Positions 40,563 to 54,545 of a stretch of 64,000 nt of DNA are shown piece after piece. The DNA comes from Octopus vulgaris (taxonomy: Eukaryota), in the NCBI GenBank assembly GCA_951406725.2, contig OX597826.1:44330001-44394000 (forward strand). Reading direction: 5' to 3'. Below the pieces are notes generated by a model. That model had not been told where the DNA came from, did no database searches, and saw only the letters and a program-made list of their open reading frames with translations. The translations under genes and the position numbers were made by a program. Position 1 is the stretch's first letter. Each line of letters starts with the position of its first letter.

Positions 40563-40638
40563 CAACATGTGACCTCGTGAGCACCGCCAGAAATTTTTTT
40601 CCTCTGTCTTCTCTTCTCGGGATCTTTCCTTCTCCTTT

Positions 40639-40673
40639 GTTTCCGACGAAGAGCTCCGCTCGAAACGTTAAAC
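40639..40673 (+). ncRNA. Minimal hammerhead motif with a U4-to-C core change, in a short (TA)n-flanked element (40561-40773)
   Basis: gttt-CCGACGA-a-gagc tcc gctc-GAAAC-GTT-aaac. Confidence 0.55.
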
Positions 40674-40769
40674 CCTCCTTCTTCCCTTCTTTCCTGAGCG
40701 TCCAATAATACTTTATTTGTTCCACGTCCTCGCGTTGCTGTGTTTTTTTTTGTGTTTTCTTGTTTGGAT

Positions 40770-40801
<32 letters not shown>

Positions 40802-41473
40802 GCTGACATAATTGTTTTGCAACAATATCGTCGGGAATGTATTACGGAGAATGCAGCATGAATCACTGGCAACTGTAGAAAAGAGTGATGCATAGTAGAA
40901 TTTTTAATATGAAAGGAAGTCAACATAATAAAATGACAGCAAATGTAAACAGGTTGAATAGAAAAATAGGAGAGATTATATAATACACCTGTTATGAAAT
41001 AATCGCTATATATTCAATGAACAAACATGAACAAACAGAAGGGACATGGACATTCAAAGCAGAGATAAAATATATTTCCTCAACTCAAAATGCAATCTTG
41101 ATGAGAAATATCACTTCGCAAGTATGTTAAATAATAGTGTCGCTCAAAAGCATTACTTTTACATGGGATAAAACAAATAGTTAAAATTAAGTAGTGGTGA
41201 TATATGATGAGCTAAAACAGAGAAGGTGTTGCCCATGTATGGCCGCAGTCTACTGATTGCAACTAGGATACATAAAATAAAATAATTAAAGAAAATAGCA
41301 TGTTCATTGTATGTACGTAAACATCAGTTGTGCTTTCGATAAAAGAAAAATTAGATTTGGGGGTCGAATGATCGACTGTAATAGGTGAAGGTATTGCTTC
41401 CGTTTTGGTGGCAGTCAAATGATTGCAACCAGGAAAATCAACATAAAACAAAGAAGAGATAGATATATAGACA

Positions 41474-42490
41474 CAGGCGTAGCCCTGGTAAGAAGTTTGC
41501 TTCCCGACCAGATGGTTCTGAGTTCGGTTCTCCTGCGTAGCTCTCTGGACAAGTGTCATCTACTATAGGCTCAGGCCGACCAGAATCTTGTGAGTATATT
41601 TGGTAAAAAGAAAAGTGAAAACATCCCGACGTATGTATATGTTTATATAGGTGTGTGTGTTTGTAGTTGTGTGTATGTACGTGTGTGTGTACCCTACCAC
41701 CACTTGACTATCTATGTTAGTGTGCTTACGTTCCCGTAACAAAGTAGTTCGTAAACTTCTGTTTACGTGTATATTATAGATAGCTTCTATTTTCTGCTTG
41801 TTTCAGTCATCAGACTGCAGCTATCCAGGGACACCGCGTTGAAGGATTTTAGGGGAATGAATCGGCCCCAGTACGTCCTTTTCATTTTTCGTTTAAATCT
41901 GATACATAATTCTTATATCTCTTTTGGCGAACCACTATGTTACGGGGGCGTACGCACACTAACATAGGCGTAGGAGGGGTTGTGTGGTAAGTAGCTTGCT
42001 TATGAACCACATAGTTCCGGATTCAGTCCCACTGCGTGGATCATTGGGCAAGGTTCTTCTACTATAGCCTCGGGCCGACCAAATCCTTGTGAGTGGATTT
42101 GGTAGACGGAAACTGAAAGAAGCTCGTCGAATATATATATATATTGTGTGTGTGGTGTGTGTGTGTATATATGTTTGTGTGTCTGTATTTGTTCCCTCAA
42201 CATCACTTGACAATCAATGCCGGTGTGTTTACGTCCCCGTAACTTAGCGGTTCGCCAAAAGAGACCGATGAAATAAGTACTAAGCTTATAAAGAATAAGT
42301 CCTGGGGTCGATTCGTTCGACTAAAGGTGGTGCTCCAGCATGGCCACAGTCAAATGACTGAAACAAGTGAAAGAGTAAAAGAGTAGATGTACATTGGATA
42401 ACAGAAAAAATAGGTCCCGTTATCGAATGATCAGCTAAAACAGGTGAAGGTATGGCCGCATCAAATGACTGCCACCACAAAAAATGTGAA
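41474..42490. mobile_element. Cluster of SINE family B copies (full + copy at 41966-42385, partial copies on both strands)
   Basis: Homology to 4112-4529. Confidence 0.85.
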
Positions 42491-43349
42491 AAAATAGAAA
42501 AGAAATAAAGTAGTTAAAGAAAATATCGTGTCCATAATATTTACATAGAGTAATCCAATATTACTAATTCCGTCGTAGAAGACACTTGTATAAGTATCTA
42601 TCTCTAAGATCATACTGCGAATAATATCTAATCTTGTATTTAACAGCATTTGTTGAACAAGATTAAAAAAAATTGATTCAATATCAAATGATAAAGCAGA
42701 AAAAAATAGAGACTTTTTAAGATATCACGTTTTTGATTTTGATTTTGTATCTCTATTTTCTTTTTCTTGAAAAGTAATTTAATATTTATGATAAACAAGA
42801 ATAAGTAATAGAAAAAGAAAAACACACAGAGAATACATCGTATGAAAAATTCAGCTCGTCATTGGCAACAGTATTTTCGCAGAACTGACAAACAACTCGA
42901 ATAATTGGGAATGTAAACTTGTCCAAAATTGAAAAAAAAACAAAAACAAAAAACAATAAAACAAACGAAACAAAACAAAACAGAAGGCCTCTCAGAAAAT
43001 TATCAAATTTAGCAGTTGTTGTTTTCTTTTATCAAGCAGACTTCTCATCAAAGGCATCTCGGCCGTGATTATGCCGTCTCCATTTTCCTCCTGAAGAGCA
43101 GGCAAACCAGAACCTCATTCCTAACGCATCATTTTCTAAAGTGTAATTTGAGGGCAACTTGACTGCAAATTTTAGCAGGTTATACGACGAGATAAAGGGT
43201 CCACTTCGGGTTAGCAGTACAGTAACTGAAGCAGCAGCAGCAGCAACAACAACATCGAGGATTTCAGAGAAGTAATTTTATGTTTCTGAAATAGTAAAAA
43301 TACCGTTGTCATAAAATAATTTCAGCTCCTGTACATAATAGTAAGAATG

Positions 43350-43412
<63 letters not shown>

Positions 43413-43416
43413 GTAA
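43350..43416. repeat. (TAA)n microsatellite
   Basis: Direct reading. Confidence 0.97.
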
Positions 43417-43836
43417 TAAATGCCCTGATGCAGTACCAGGTAGTGGCTCATGGATTCTGATCTTAACTGATAGGAAGTGCTATCATGTGCATGATTTCTC
43501 TTGATATAAAATATGGGCGACTGCAAATGTTCTTCTCAATACAACAGATTTACTCGTCATTTGCTTGACCTTAACCATTTGAGCATGAGCCTTAGTGGCT
43601 GACGATATGTGCATCCCTGATCACGTGCGAAGTAGTGTCTCATAGCCATGTGTTGAAAGGAATTCTTTGAATAATTTATTCCTCGAAACATGGGTGTTTC
43701 GTTCATCTTCCTTAAACAAACTTTATTCAAGGACAATTTGAGCGGGATCGCGACTCGACCAGGGGAAAATTCTAACTGGGCTCCACCTGCAAGGTCATGC
43801 GCTGTTTATCTTGATCTGAGATCATGTCGCGCACAG

Positions 43837-44310
43837 TTGGTGGAGTCGGAGACTAGCAATATTCTCTGGGATCTCCCAATCCGAACTGATCAGTTGCTAG
43901 AGCATAACAGACCCGACCTAGTGGTGGTGGACAAGATGACCATATATGCTATATAGTTGATATTGCGTGTCCATTTGATCCACGAATAGTCAAGAGGGAA
44001 GGCGAAAAGATAGATATATACAACCCTCTTATGTACGAAATAGCCCGGCTATGGAAAATGCAGAAGGTGAAGATAGTGCCAATAATTGTTGGGTTCTTAG
44101 GAACAGTATCAGAAGGCATCACGAGGAATATAAAGGAAATTGGAATAGAGTGCCCAATAGAACTGTTACAAAGGTTTGCCTCCCTTTCAAGGTCAGAATA
44201 ATCAGGAAAGTATTAAATAGCTGAAAAGAATGGATAGCATGGAAACAAAGGCTGCAGGTGGTAAGTTCGCTACGCATGTAAGGCTCTAGGAACTCCAACA
44301 AACTGTGATA
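43837..44310 (+). mobile_element. R4/Dong-type LINE 3' end with restriction-like endonuclease (frameshifted)
   Basis: 'ILWDLPIRTDQLLEHNRPDLVVVDK', frameshift, then 'CYIVDIACPFDPRIVKREGEKIDIY..L.YEIARLWKMQKVKIVPIIVGFLG...ELLQ...RIIRKVL'. Contains the PD..D..K RLE motif. Confidence 0.9.
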
Positions 44311-46328
44311 AAGAGAAATGATATTGATGATGAGGATGATAAGAACATCACAGTTTAGCACAAAGCCAGCAGTGTTTTTAGGAGAGGGATGTGAGTCGAT
44401 TACAGGACCCAAAAGAATGGAAGGCACAGTAGACCTCGGCGGGACTTGAACTTGGAAATGGCATCACTGTAAATGAGTATTTTGCTCCTAATGTCGATAA
44501 GATTTCTCTCGTCGTTGGTTCTGTCGTTACTAGTGTTGTTGTTTCTTATTATTTTAGCTTTTAGTTAGGAAGTAATGTTGCAGGGCCTCCGAAATATTTT
44601 GGTGAGGATTGGAGGTCTGTCTGCTTTAACAGAAAACTTGTCTCATGTACTTGCAACGTAATTACTCCGCTAAAGACACACAATGTACCAATTGGTAGTA
44701 TTAATCTAGGTGACAAGATAAAACTACCTACTAAATACGGCACAGCTTGACTTGAGAATGGACCGCAAAGATGTTGAACATATAGGCATCCAGACTGATG
44801 TACTTACAGTTTCGCCAATTCACCTTCCCGCATATTTTTTTATCGACCTCAAATTTGACCTTGAATGTATTTTCCATATTGAGCACAGAGAGTTTCTATA
44901 AATACTGCAAAACGTTCTGTTCGATACTCTACCAATTTGCCAGTTGCTGATAGGATGATGCCGACGATTAACGTGCTAAGTGTTCGATTGCTTTGTTGCA
45001 TTCGTTTTGACTGCTGTACAGATGTTCAGATATATTTATATCAGTTTTTCATAATTACCCAATAAATGGTATTTAAGCAAAACCGCTTCAACTTATGTCA
45101 CGAAATATAGATGATGAAATTCCTGTCGCTTTTTTTTTTAAATAAAGAATTTACAAAAAGTGAAAACAAAAATATTATAACAGTAAGAAAGTAGTAGGAT
45201 TTGGTCATGATGTCTAGTACATGAGAACACAGTTGGACATGAAAAGCAATCAAAGATCTCGTGATTCTTGATTTAATCTTTGAAAAATCTAGATTTCTCA
45301 AAGAATATATTTATGTTAATATTAACTGAAAATTTCAAATTATATTTCTTTTTATTTATTTCATTTTATTTAATAAGTTGAATACTTACGTAATTGTTGG
45401 CGAGAAAAATTATTTATTATTTCATCATTTTCATAAGTCAAGTTGTTTTATTTTTAATTAATTAAATAGTAATTTTTCTTTTTCTTATTTTCTAATTATT
45501 TTTATAAAATTCTGTAGCATTGATTCATGTAACATCCAAGAGCCTAAATTCTTTTCAGAAAATGTTTAACTTTGAAATTATTCTTAGTAATAACTTCTGG
45601 TTTTAATTTCAACACGTTTATCTATGTTCATTTCTAAATATTCTATAGCTTAGATAACTTTCAATGCTTTGTTTTCTGAAAAAAAAACCTCCATCTCTAG
45701 AGAACATCATTTCATATAAGATAAAATAATAATGCTCTTCTCTAATTCTCTGTACGGAGAGGATATATTTCCGTCAAAATTATAAAATAAATTATAAAAA
45801 ATATAAGTGATTGATCTCTGAGTTAATTACCACTCGGTATTATGCACTTTAACGGAGATGATGAGCTGACAGAAAATGAAGACCATTAGAGTGAATGCAT
45901 TAGTGCATCTACTGTAATATTTCTACATTTTGATTTCCAGTATGGCAGTTAAAATTTTGCATTTCCTGTCCCCGGAAGTTATCTATGTATGCCAGTAATT
46001 TCAAATACAAACACACTAGTTGGGCATTAATTTTCGCATATGAAAACCATGTTAGTGTGTACGAGTTTCAATTTTAGCAAATTTTGATTTTTAAAACAAA
46101 CAGTTTATTTCTTTTTATTTATTTTATGATTATCGTTGTTCGTTTTCAATACTAGGTCATCACTAATCAAGGTGATTAATAATACAAGACATTCTAATCA
46201 TGACCATCATGCCTCTTCATACATATTTCAGACTCTGTAATCCAATATGTCTTTGAAATAAAAAGGAGATACTGATACTTCAGTGAGGAAGAGTTAGCAT
46301 ATATGTCTACCAGTTCAAAATTCACAAT

Positions 46329-47004
46329 ATCTATATTTTGTTATTTTTTATTTGCCCTGTTCGTGTGAGCTAACAATCGTACTGACTTTCATGGGAAACA
46401 TGTATTTTTGTGGTTGAAACCTTTTGGATTTACTAGTGCTAGAGTGAGCCATATAGTGACCACTCTCTTAAATTTATTTTTGTATAAAATATTATAACAT
46501 ATTATAAAATATTATAATAATCCAGGTTTCTCGAGGCACTGGGCCACTTGGTGTTGAATAGATATACTATTAAATTAGTATCTAATTCTCTCACCCTTAT
46601 TAATTAATTATAATTATGCTACATTTATTTCTAAATGTAGTATTTGTTTCCGTGAAAGTTTGGCGCGCTGTTGGTAGGGGCATTTGAATTATAACGTCGG
46701 ATGTAATCAATTGAACCGCACGTGTATTTATCGTTATGGTAAAATCTGGCGTGTGATTGAGTGGATTTCATCCAGATAGTTTTGGCTGAGGAGCTACAAG
46801 TGGATTTTTTGTGAGTAAAATTACATTTAATTCATTAATAGCGAAACAATTGTCCCAAAATAATCTATATTTTGTTATTTTTTATTTGCCCTGTTCGTGT
46901 GAGCTAACAATCGTACTGACTTTCATGGGAAACATGTATTTTTGTGGTTGAAACCTTTTGGATTTACTAGTGCTAGAGTGAGCCATATAGTGACCACTCT
47001 CTTA
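46329..47004 (+). mobile_element. Non-coding retrozyme-like / solo PLE-pLTR element: 534-bp unit plus 142-bp terminal direct repeat
   Basis: 46329-46470 matches 46863-47004. An intact HHR lies immediately before the second repeat. Confidence 0.8.
46780..46860 (+). ncRNA. Intact type I hammerhead ribozyme, predicted cleavage after C46854
   Basis: ttttgg-CTGAGGA-gcta[large loop]tagc-GAAAC-aatt-GTC-ccaaaa. All core nucleotides are present, with 6-bp stem I, 4-bp stem II (G-C closing pair) and palindromic stem III ACAATTGT. Confidence 0.88.
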
Positions 47005-47341
47005 TATTTATTTATATATATATATATACACGAGGAACTTTTTTCAGTTTCCGACTACCGAATCTACTCGCAGGGCTTTGGCCAACCCGGAACTATCGTA
47101 CGAGACACTTTCCCTATACGCAATGCAATGGGAATGAACTCAGAGCCATGTGGCTTGGGAGCTAACTTCTTACCTGTTAGACCTGGGAGGTTTCATCTCT
47201 TCAAGGCATCACTTTAAATATTCACACCTGGTGCACTCCGGATATCCGTTAATACAAGGGGGAGGTAACTGTGTACTCATAGTCTGAAAGGTGATTTCAA
47301 ATTTGAATGCGAAAACACCGAAGAACGAAAGAATACGAAGA

Positions 47342-47501
47342 GGCGTAGGAGTGGCTGTGTTGTAAGTAGCCTGCTTACCAACCACATGGATGCTGGTTCA
47401 GTCCCACTGCGTGGCACCTTGCTACAACCTCGGGCTGATCAAAGACTTGTGAGTGGATTTGGTAGACGGAAACTGAAAGAAGACTGTCGTATATATGTAT
47501 G

Positions 47502-47598
<97 letters not shown>

Positions 47599-47815
47599 AC
47601 TTTTTTGTCTTTGTTTGTCCCCCCCCCCAACATCGCTCGACAGCCGATGGTGGTGTGTTTACGTCCCCATAACTTCGCGGTTCGGCATAAGAGACCGATA
47701 AAATGAGTTCTAGTCTTGCAAAGAATAAGTCCTGGGGACGATCTGCTCGACTAAAGGCGGTGCTCCAGCATGGCCACAGTCAAATGACTGAAACATGTAA
47801 AAGAGTAAAAGAGAA
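47342..47815 (+). mobile_element. SINE family B, full length
   Basis: Homology to other copies. Confidence 0.9.
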
Positions 47816-48563
47816 AGAATTCGAAGAGTTCACATATATAAATACCTCATAGTACTTTTTTATACTATCCTACGCTTACTTGTGTTACGGCAAATAAGTG
47901 AAGCCCTATAGTGTTAACCAAGGCTTCAAACGTACATGCATCCTTAGACGTAGCTAATTTAATATATCTAGTTTCGACCCTTAATGGTCATTAGATTGCA
48001 AGTACAAATTAAGAAGGAAATAATGAAATTAAATAATGATTTATTAGTTTAAAAGGCAATAGAGACGGTCATATGGCACGGGTATGTTCTCTTAGTAGAA
48101 CAACTGTAATAAAGTTTCACTTGGAATCTATGAATAATTTCTGTAAAGATAAACTCTGTGCGTCGTGTTATTAAAAATAAAAAAATAAAATGTTATTGTT
48201 GTTGTACGAATATGTCAGAGGTATCAGTAACATGATAAGACATTCTAGATGTATGATAGATATTGAGTAACTTCTACTGATTATTGTGTTTCAAGAGAAC
48301 AATCATACTTCAATTTATCACCGAGGGTTAAATATTTTATTATTCCAATGATTCAGGTTACTATCTGCTTAATATATTATTTACTTTCTGTTTCTCTCCA
48401 AGTTTCAGGAAATGCTAAAGTTTCTTGGTTGAACGAAAGTTAAATTCTAATTGTTCCTCTCTAAAAAAAAAAAGAAAAGAAAATAATAAACAAAAGTACG
48501 ATATCTAATTTGGGTCCCTTTAATATTTTTGTTGTTTCAGCCGCTGGACTGCACCCAGGCTAG

Positions 48564-48870
48564 ATTGTTTGTTCCTTCTTGAGCTACGCCTGACTCTCAT
48601 AAGGGCCGGTTTCCCGGTTTCCTTGGCGTATAGGTTCCCCACCTGGACGGGACGCCGGTCCGTCGCAGGTGAGCTGCAAGATGCAGGAGGGAAGAGTGAG
48701 AGAACGTTGTGGTGAAAGAGTCATCAGAAGTTCGCCATTACCCTCTGCGGGAACCGCGTGGAGCTTAGGTGTTTCGCTCATAAACACACACATCACCCGG
48801 TCTGAGATTCGAACCCGCGATCCCTCGAGCACAAGTCCGCTGCTCTAACCACTTGGCCATGTGCCTCCAC
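48564..48870 (-). mobile_element. SINE family E (V-like tail) nested in an older family B copy (~48530-49220, minus strand)
   Basis: 12-bp TSD caccca(g/t)gctag at 48552-48563 and 48871-48882. Confidence 0.88.
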
Positions 48871-49656
48871 CACCCATGCTAGTGTACCACTTTGAAGGGG
48901 TTAGTTGGAATTTATTTGTAAATCTCCTACTTTTTCTATCAGTTTCTTAACCGAGCCCCTAAGTTACGGGGATGCAAAAACACCAACACCATGTGTCAAG
49001 TGATGACGGATAGAGCTAACATGGACACAAAGACACAAACACACATAAACACACACACACACACATGTTTACGATGGGCTTCTACTCAATTTCTGTTTAC
49101 CAAAATCACTCACAAGACATTTGTCGGCACTTGCCCAAGGTGAAGTGCAATGAGATACAAGTAAAAAAAAAAAAAAGTACGTATGGAAAGCGCTATTTCT
49201 TAAACACTGCCATGCTTACGCCTAGAAAAATAATTAATAATATTCTTTTTTTTTAATCGCTTAATAACACATAATGCATGACTTGTACACAATGAAGACA
49301 CAATTTATTCTACAGTATCACACGTTAGGGAACAAAAAGCACGTTTTACAATGACATAAAAGAATGAAATAACTAAAATCATAACAGTAATTTATCGTAG
49401 TTTTTCTGTGATATTTTATCTGTGGATTTTTTTGCCTGTGACATTTCTACAAGTGATTTGTTTTTGTCTCCTAGATTTGATTGCGTAACTCGTAGATTGT
49501 AAGGTTGTGGATGTCATTACTAACGTGCTTCTATCAGTCTGCAAAATGTTTTGCTGTTAATGTTATATGAATTTATGTAATCATGAACTTCAACTATATT
49601 CGCTGATTAGGTTTACTTTTTACAATTTTATAGTCATTTTTACTCTCCCTCTGTTT

Positions 49657-49768
49657 CTCCCTCATTCGTTCTCTCTCTCTCCCTCATTCGTTCTCTCTCT
49701 CTCCCTCATTCGTTCTCTCTCTCTCCCTCATTCGTTCTCTCTCTCTCCCTCATTCGTTCTCTCTCTCA
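49657..49768. repeat. 22-bp minisatellite x5 (ccctcattcgttctctctctct)
   Basis: Units start at 49659, 49681, 49703, 49725 and 49747. Confidence 0.95.
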
Positions 49769-50299
49769 CTCTCTCTCCCTCTCTCCCACGCACACGCGCA
49801 CACAAGCACACGCACGCACATATACATTATTTAGTCATTGAAATACACAAACACATGCATTTGGATGAGTGATTCTATGAATGCATGGGTACAAGCGACT
49901 GTGTGTATGTGTGTGTATATGTGTGTGTGTATGTGTCTGTGTGCATGTGTACACGGCTACACGCACGCGTGTGTACATATCATGTTCATAAATATAATCG
50001 AAAGCACCATTTCATTAGTGAATGTTCTTGTTTGTCGAATTTTCATTTAGAGCGACAGAGAGAAAAACCTCTCGTAATATACAACGCCATCTGTGTAGCG
50101 CTACTGCCGTTACTCAGGAGATAATGGTATCTTCACGTAACTAATGTGTCATAGTTTATACTTCAGATGCAATTATGTATTGCACCGGTACATTCCATGC
50201 GTCTGGTTTTGAAACATTTATTAGGAATAGCGACTCTGAGATTTTTGCCGCATACTGTATTATTAGACACAATCACCCACATAAGTATTATTAGTTAGA

Positions 50300-50715
50300 A
50301 GGCAGCGAGCTGGTAGAAACGTTAGCACGCCGGGCGAAATACTTAGCGGTATTTCGTCTGCCGCTACGTTCTGAGTTCAAATTCCGCCGAGGTTGACTTT
50401 GCCTTTCATCCTTTCGGGGTCGATTAAATAAGTACCAGTTACGCACTGGGGTCGATGTAATCGACTTAATCCGTTTATCTGTCCTTGTTTGTCCCCTCTG
50501 TGTTTAGCCCCTTGTGGGTAATAAAGAAATAGGTATTTCGTCTGCCGCTACGTTCTGAGTTCAAATTCCGCGGAGGTCGACTTTGCCTTACATCCTTTCG
50601 GGGTCGATTAAATAAGTACCAGTTACGCACTGGGTTCGATATAATCGACTTAATCCGTTTGTCTGTCCTTGTTTGTCCTCTCTGTGTGTAGCCCCTTGTG
50701 GGTAGTAAAGAAATA
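50300..50715 (+). mobile_element. SINE family A dimer, young copy
   Basis: Head-core-tail followed by a 5'-truncated core-tail. Confidence 0.92.
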
Positions 50716-51148
50716 AGTATTATTAATTTAGATTGCTTTGTGTTTAAGACCATTGCTTTCTAACCACATGGCTCTCGGTTCCAATCTAGTGCGACCTGTA
50801 TTGAACACGTGCATTGGCCAAAGGCTCAGATTCATCCAAGATTTGTGAGTGATTATTGGTACAGAAACAGATTCTGGTTCAGTAATGCCATGCTTATATT
50901 TAGATAACTCTGCTATAGAATAACGTGAAGATCACACGTGACTGTGAAATGATCTATCAATTTACACGCCAATTCGTTGAGTAGGTAGTCCAGTTGATCA
51001 AACAGCTGCACACTCGTGCATGAAAATCGACCAATATATGTATATGTATGTGTATATATATGTGTGTAAGTATGAATGTATTTATGTATAAACACACACA
51101 TACACACACACATATTTACATACATGTATGGTGCGTGTGTATAAATGA

Positions 51149-51206
<58 letters not shown>

Positions 51207-52869
51207 TCACACGCGCAAATACGCACACACCTACACACAAAAGGAAATATTAAGTGCTTCTGCGACTGTATAAACACATTAATGAAGTGACAGAGTGTGG
51301 ATGTACGCAAATTTACAGATCGTAGTTGTTATTTACATGAATGGACATATGCGTACGCATACACGACAGTCCGCCCATATATTGCTATACATTTATATTT
51401 GTATGCACACTTGTAAATCCATGTGCTTCTCTATTACATCACTAAATTTTCTCGCACTTGTGACTTTTCACTCTATAACATTTAAAACTTTACAGCAAAT
51501 TAATAACTTTCCTTGTTCTTCGTGAAGTTGTTTTTTTCTTTCCTTTTACTCTTGTTAGAATCGACGCTTGATTTAATGAAAGGAAATTAATTCCCATGCA
51601 GTAATATTTTATTAATTCTCTGCTTTGTTCTTATAGCTTCAACGACTCTATAAATATAAAGTGGACCCATACAAGTGCTTTTTCGTATTGGATGCTTGGA
51701 ATTATTTAGTGGAGCGAAAATCACGAATAAAGAACGAGCAATCAATAGTACAAAGTCTAAAAGAGAGTGTGTAATTACAAATATTTGATTTAATAGTTTG
51801 ATACTGTCTTGTAATTTTTAAAAAACACGTATGCATAAATATATGCAAGTATATGTGTCTGTGTAAGAAAATAAACGAGTTTAGATTATATTCAAAATGA
51901 CTGATAGTGCTTTTGATATAGACTTTTTTCTCATCTTTTCTTAACATACGTTTTCTTCTCCATTCGTTAATTTCCCGGGAGAAAAGATTGGAACCATTCA
52001 GGCTAAATTAACGGTTCTATTACTTTCTTGAAATTTATGATACTAATCGAATATTTAGCGTTGTTCGACTTGCATGATGATCGAAGATATATTACCCAGA
52101 GGAGAATCTGGTAGAATTCAAACTGTATTGTTACCCATTTTGTGTTAGAAACGTTTCGTTTATATGTGAAACACATGAAACACGTCTATTTATATGATCA
52201 GTCTGTATTATTTATCAATAATAGACAAACATAATATAACAATCCATGTTCCACACATAATGTAGATAATATAGATATTTTTTCTTTTTACTCAAATTTC
52301 TTTGAAAAGTTTCCCCATCTCAATTACCCATTCAAGGAATGTATGTATATTTTTTTATGACTTGTATATGAACAAACGAAACTAAATGTACTCTTGTGTG
52401 TTTATCAGATTACAATCGTGTGTTTTGTTCGCCAAAAAATAAATAGCACTGATTCTTCGCTTGAATAGCAAGATATTTCTGCTCGAAAACATGTAGCGTA
52501 GAGAAGGTAATGTGTCTTGGGGCAAAATTAGATATTTTAAATTTAGATTTCACCTGGATACTAATCATTGTGGAGTGCAAATGAGTTCTAAATTATCTTT
52601 GGTATAGCAACATTCTGGCACGAACTAACATTTATTTTACATGAAATTTGAAAATAAAATTCAAGTTGCTCATATTTGCAAATTCAATTTTTAATCCCTT
52701 TATAAGATAAAATATTTCTGCAAATATGAATTTTAAAAGTCCTTAAAAATTCTTAACTGAAAATAAAGCAACCGGATATTTTTTAATGTTAACTTTAATC
52801 ATTTAGCTACTAACTTTCAGAATTTTCGAATGTTGTTTATTTCTTTTCTTAAATATAATTCTCTATTAT

Positions 52870-53300
52870 TTCTATTTTTATACTTCCAATGAATGATTTC
52901 TTGTATCTGGAAGTTCTGAAGCTTAACCAGCGTTTCAGCATAATGAGGCCTTGCGTGATAGATCTGAATATGACGCCATTCCGACGCTTGTTCTCCCCTG
53001 CGAGAGAATTTCAACATAACACTGCAAACTAATCAAATGCTCTTGCATTATATCGTCAAATGCTTAATGCGGTGAATCATAAAGTTCGTGTGTAGATGTA
53101 CTGGCCTGTTTAAAAAAAAAATCCGTTCTTAATGTTGCCCCGTTAATCCCTCAGCAAACACCAACATTATATTGAATTGGCCAGCGGGGAGTCCAATTTC
53201 TTTACTTTGTCAGTCTACATGATCGGGGTTCTCCAATATATCTGCGACCTAATAGTTCCACCATACGAAGAAGTGATTTTGTGCTCTACAACTGTCAGTC
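52870..53300 (-). mobile_element. Very degraded Tc1/mariner-like transposase fragment
   Basis: 'IQIYHARPHYA...LQNF..QEIIHW' resembles the QDxAxPH region. Upstream motifs are only faint. Confidence 0.35.
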
Positions 53301-54249
53301 ATCAATTTCCTAAGGTAATAATTTATTAAACAAATCATGCTCTATAATAAATGTATCAACCAGCTATTTTACATACATATTGATTTCATAGCAAAGACAC
53401 TAGTCATAAATAAATAATGGTGGGGTAATCGATTATGTTCATGCTTTTTTTTTCAAGATCATAAAAAGTGAAAATGAGTTGAAAGAATTCCATCGGGGCC
53501 ATATAAGCTACTCTATGTATTTGGTTTCCAGATAACTTAACCCTATAAATATCTCATATTGTACAACAACTGATGTCTTTTTGATGAGCAGTAGGGTTCC
53601 AAGTAGGATGTTGGTGAGAAATTCATGGCTTTTAAAAGTAACACTCAAGAAGTAAATCCCAGCAGCGCACTGATCGACTTTCTCTATTATATTTGTCATT
53701 CCATTAGCTTACATCTCACTCTAAGGTATTCTCTTTTGTTAAAGGAATATACATCTCTGTCGCTTTTTCGTATATCATTAAATCAGCTGAAATGTAATGT
53801 AAGTATTATCTTAGGAAGAAGACGGTGTGTTGGTAGAAACGGTGATGTACTGGAATAAACACCTTGATTTATTTATATTCTCTCTTCAACATCACGAGCT
53901 TAAATACCGCTGAGGCTGAGTTTGCTATTCATGTTTATTGAATACGTTTCAAGCAGAAACGAGAGAAATTATTATATGAAAAAGGGTGAAGAGGTTGAAA
54001 TATAAGAATTGATGATTTGGAGTTGGTGAATTTTTAATTCTGAATCTGCAGGTATCAAATTTACATTTCATTTCATCTCGATCACCAACGAGACCTCTAT
54101 ATGGTTGGTTGCCTGAACTGCTAGAAATACCAATGACATTTTCCTTAAACCATAACTTTTCAGTCTTAAAATATCTTATACTACATCGGATAATACAGTA
54201 TGGAAAATGCTGGGATATTTCTGATCGTAAGTCTACATAGTGAACTGAC

Positions 54250-54545
54250 CTGGTGTTAAGGGACAGCAAATGCGGTTTACTATATTACACTAGGGATAGT
54301 ATCATCCCTTTCAATGTAATGTATGCCAGAAGACTTGCAAATCTAACGGAGGCCTTAAAAGGCATTTTACGATCCACAAAGATCAGAACTTATCTGCAGC
54401 TCTTGGTGGTCCAAATCGGATATGCAATCTATGTCGATGTCTTTTCAGAACATTGTCTGGTTTAAAAAGCTACATCAGATGCCATGATGGTTCTAAGGTG
54501 TAGGTACAAGAGGTGGTCAAACTCTGCATAACGAGTAGACAACCA

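Noticed and set aside
47960-48000. Minus-strand 'ctaatgacc attaag ggtc GAAAC tag'
   Set aside because: Incomplete core and no NUH triplet.
49657-49768. CRISPR-like array
   Set aside because: Tandem repeat without unique spacers, in eukaryotic context.
54306-54503. Host C2H2 zinc-finger gene
   Set aside because: No TGEKP linker, upstream stops and a LINE-like 3' end into (TA)n. It fits an RTE C-terminus better.
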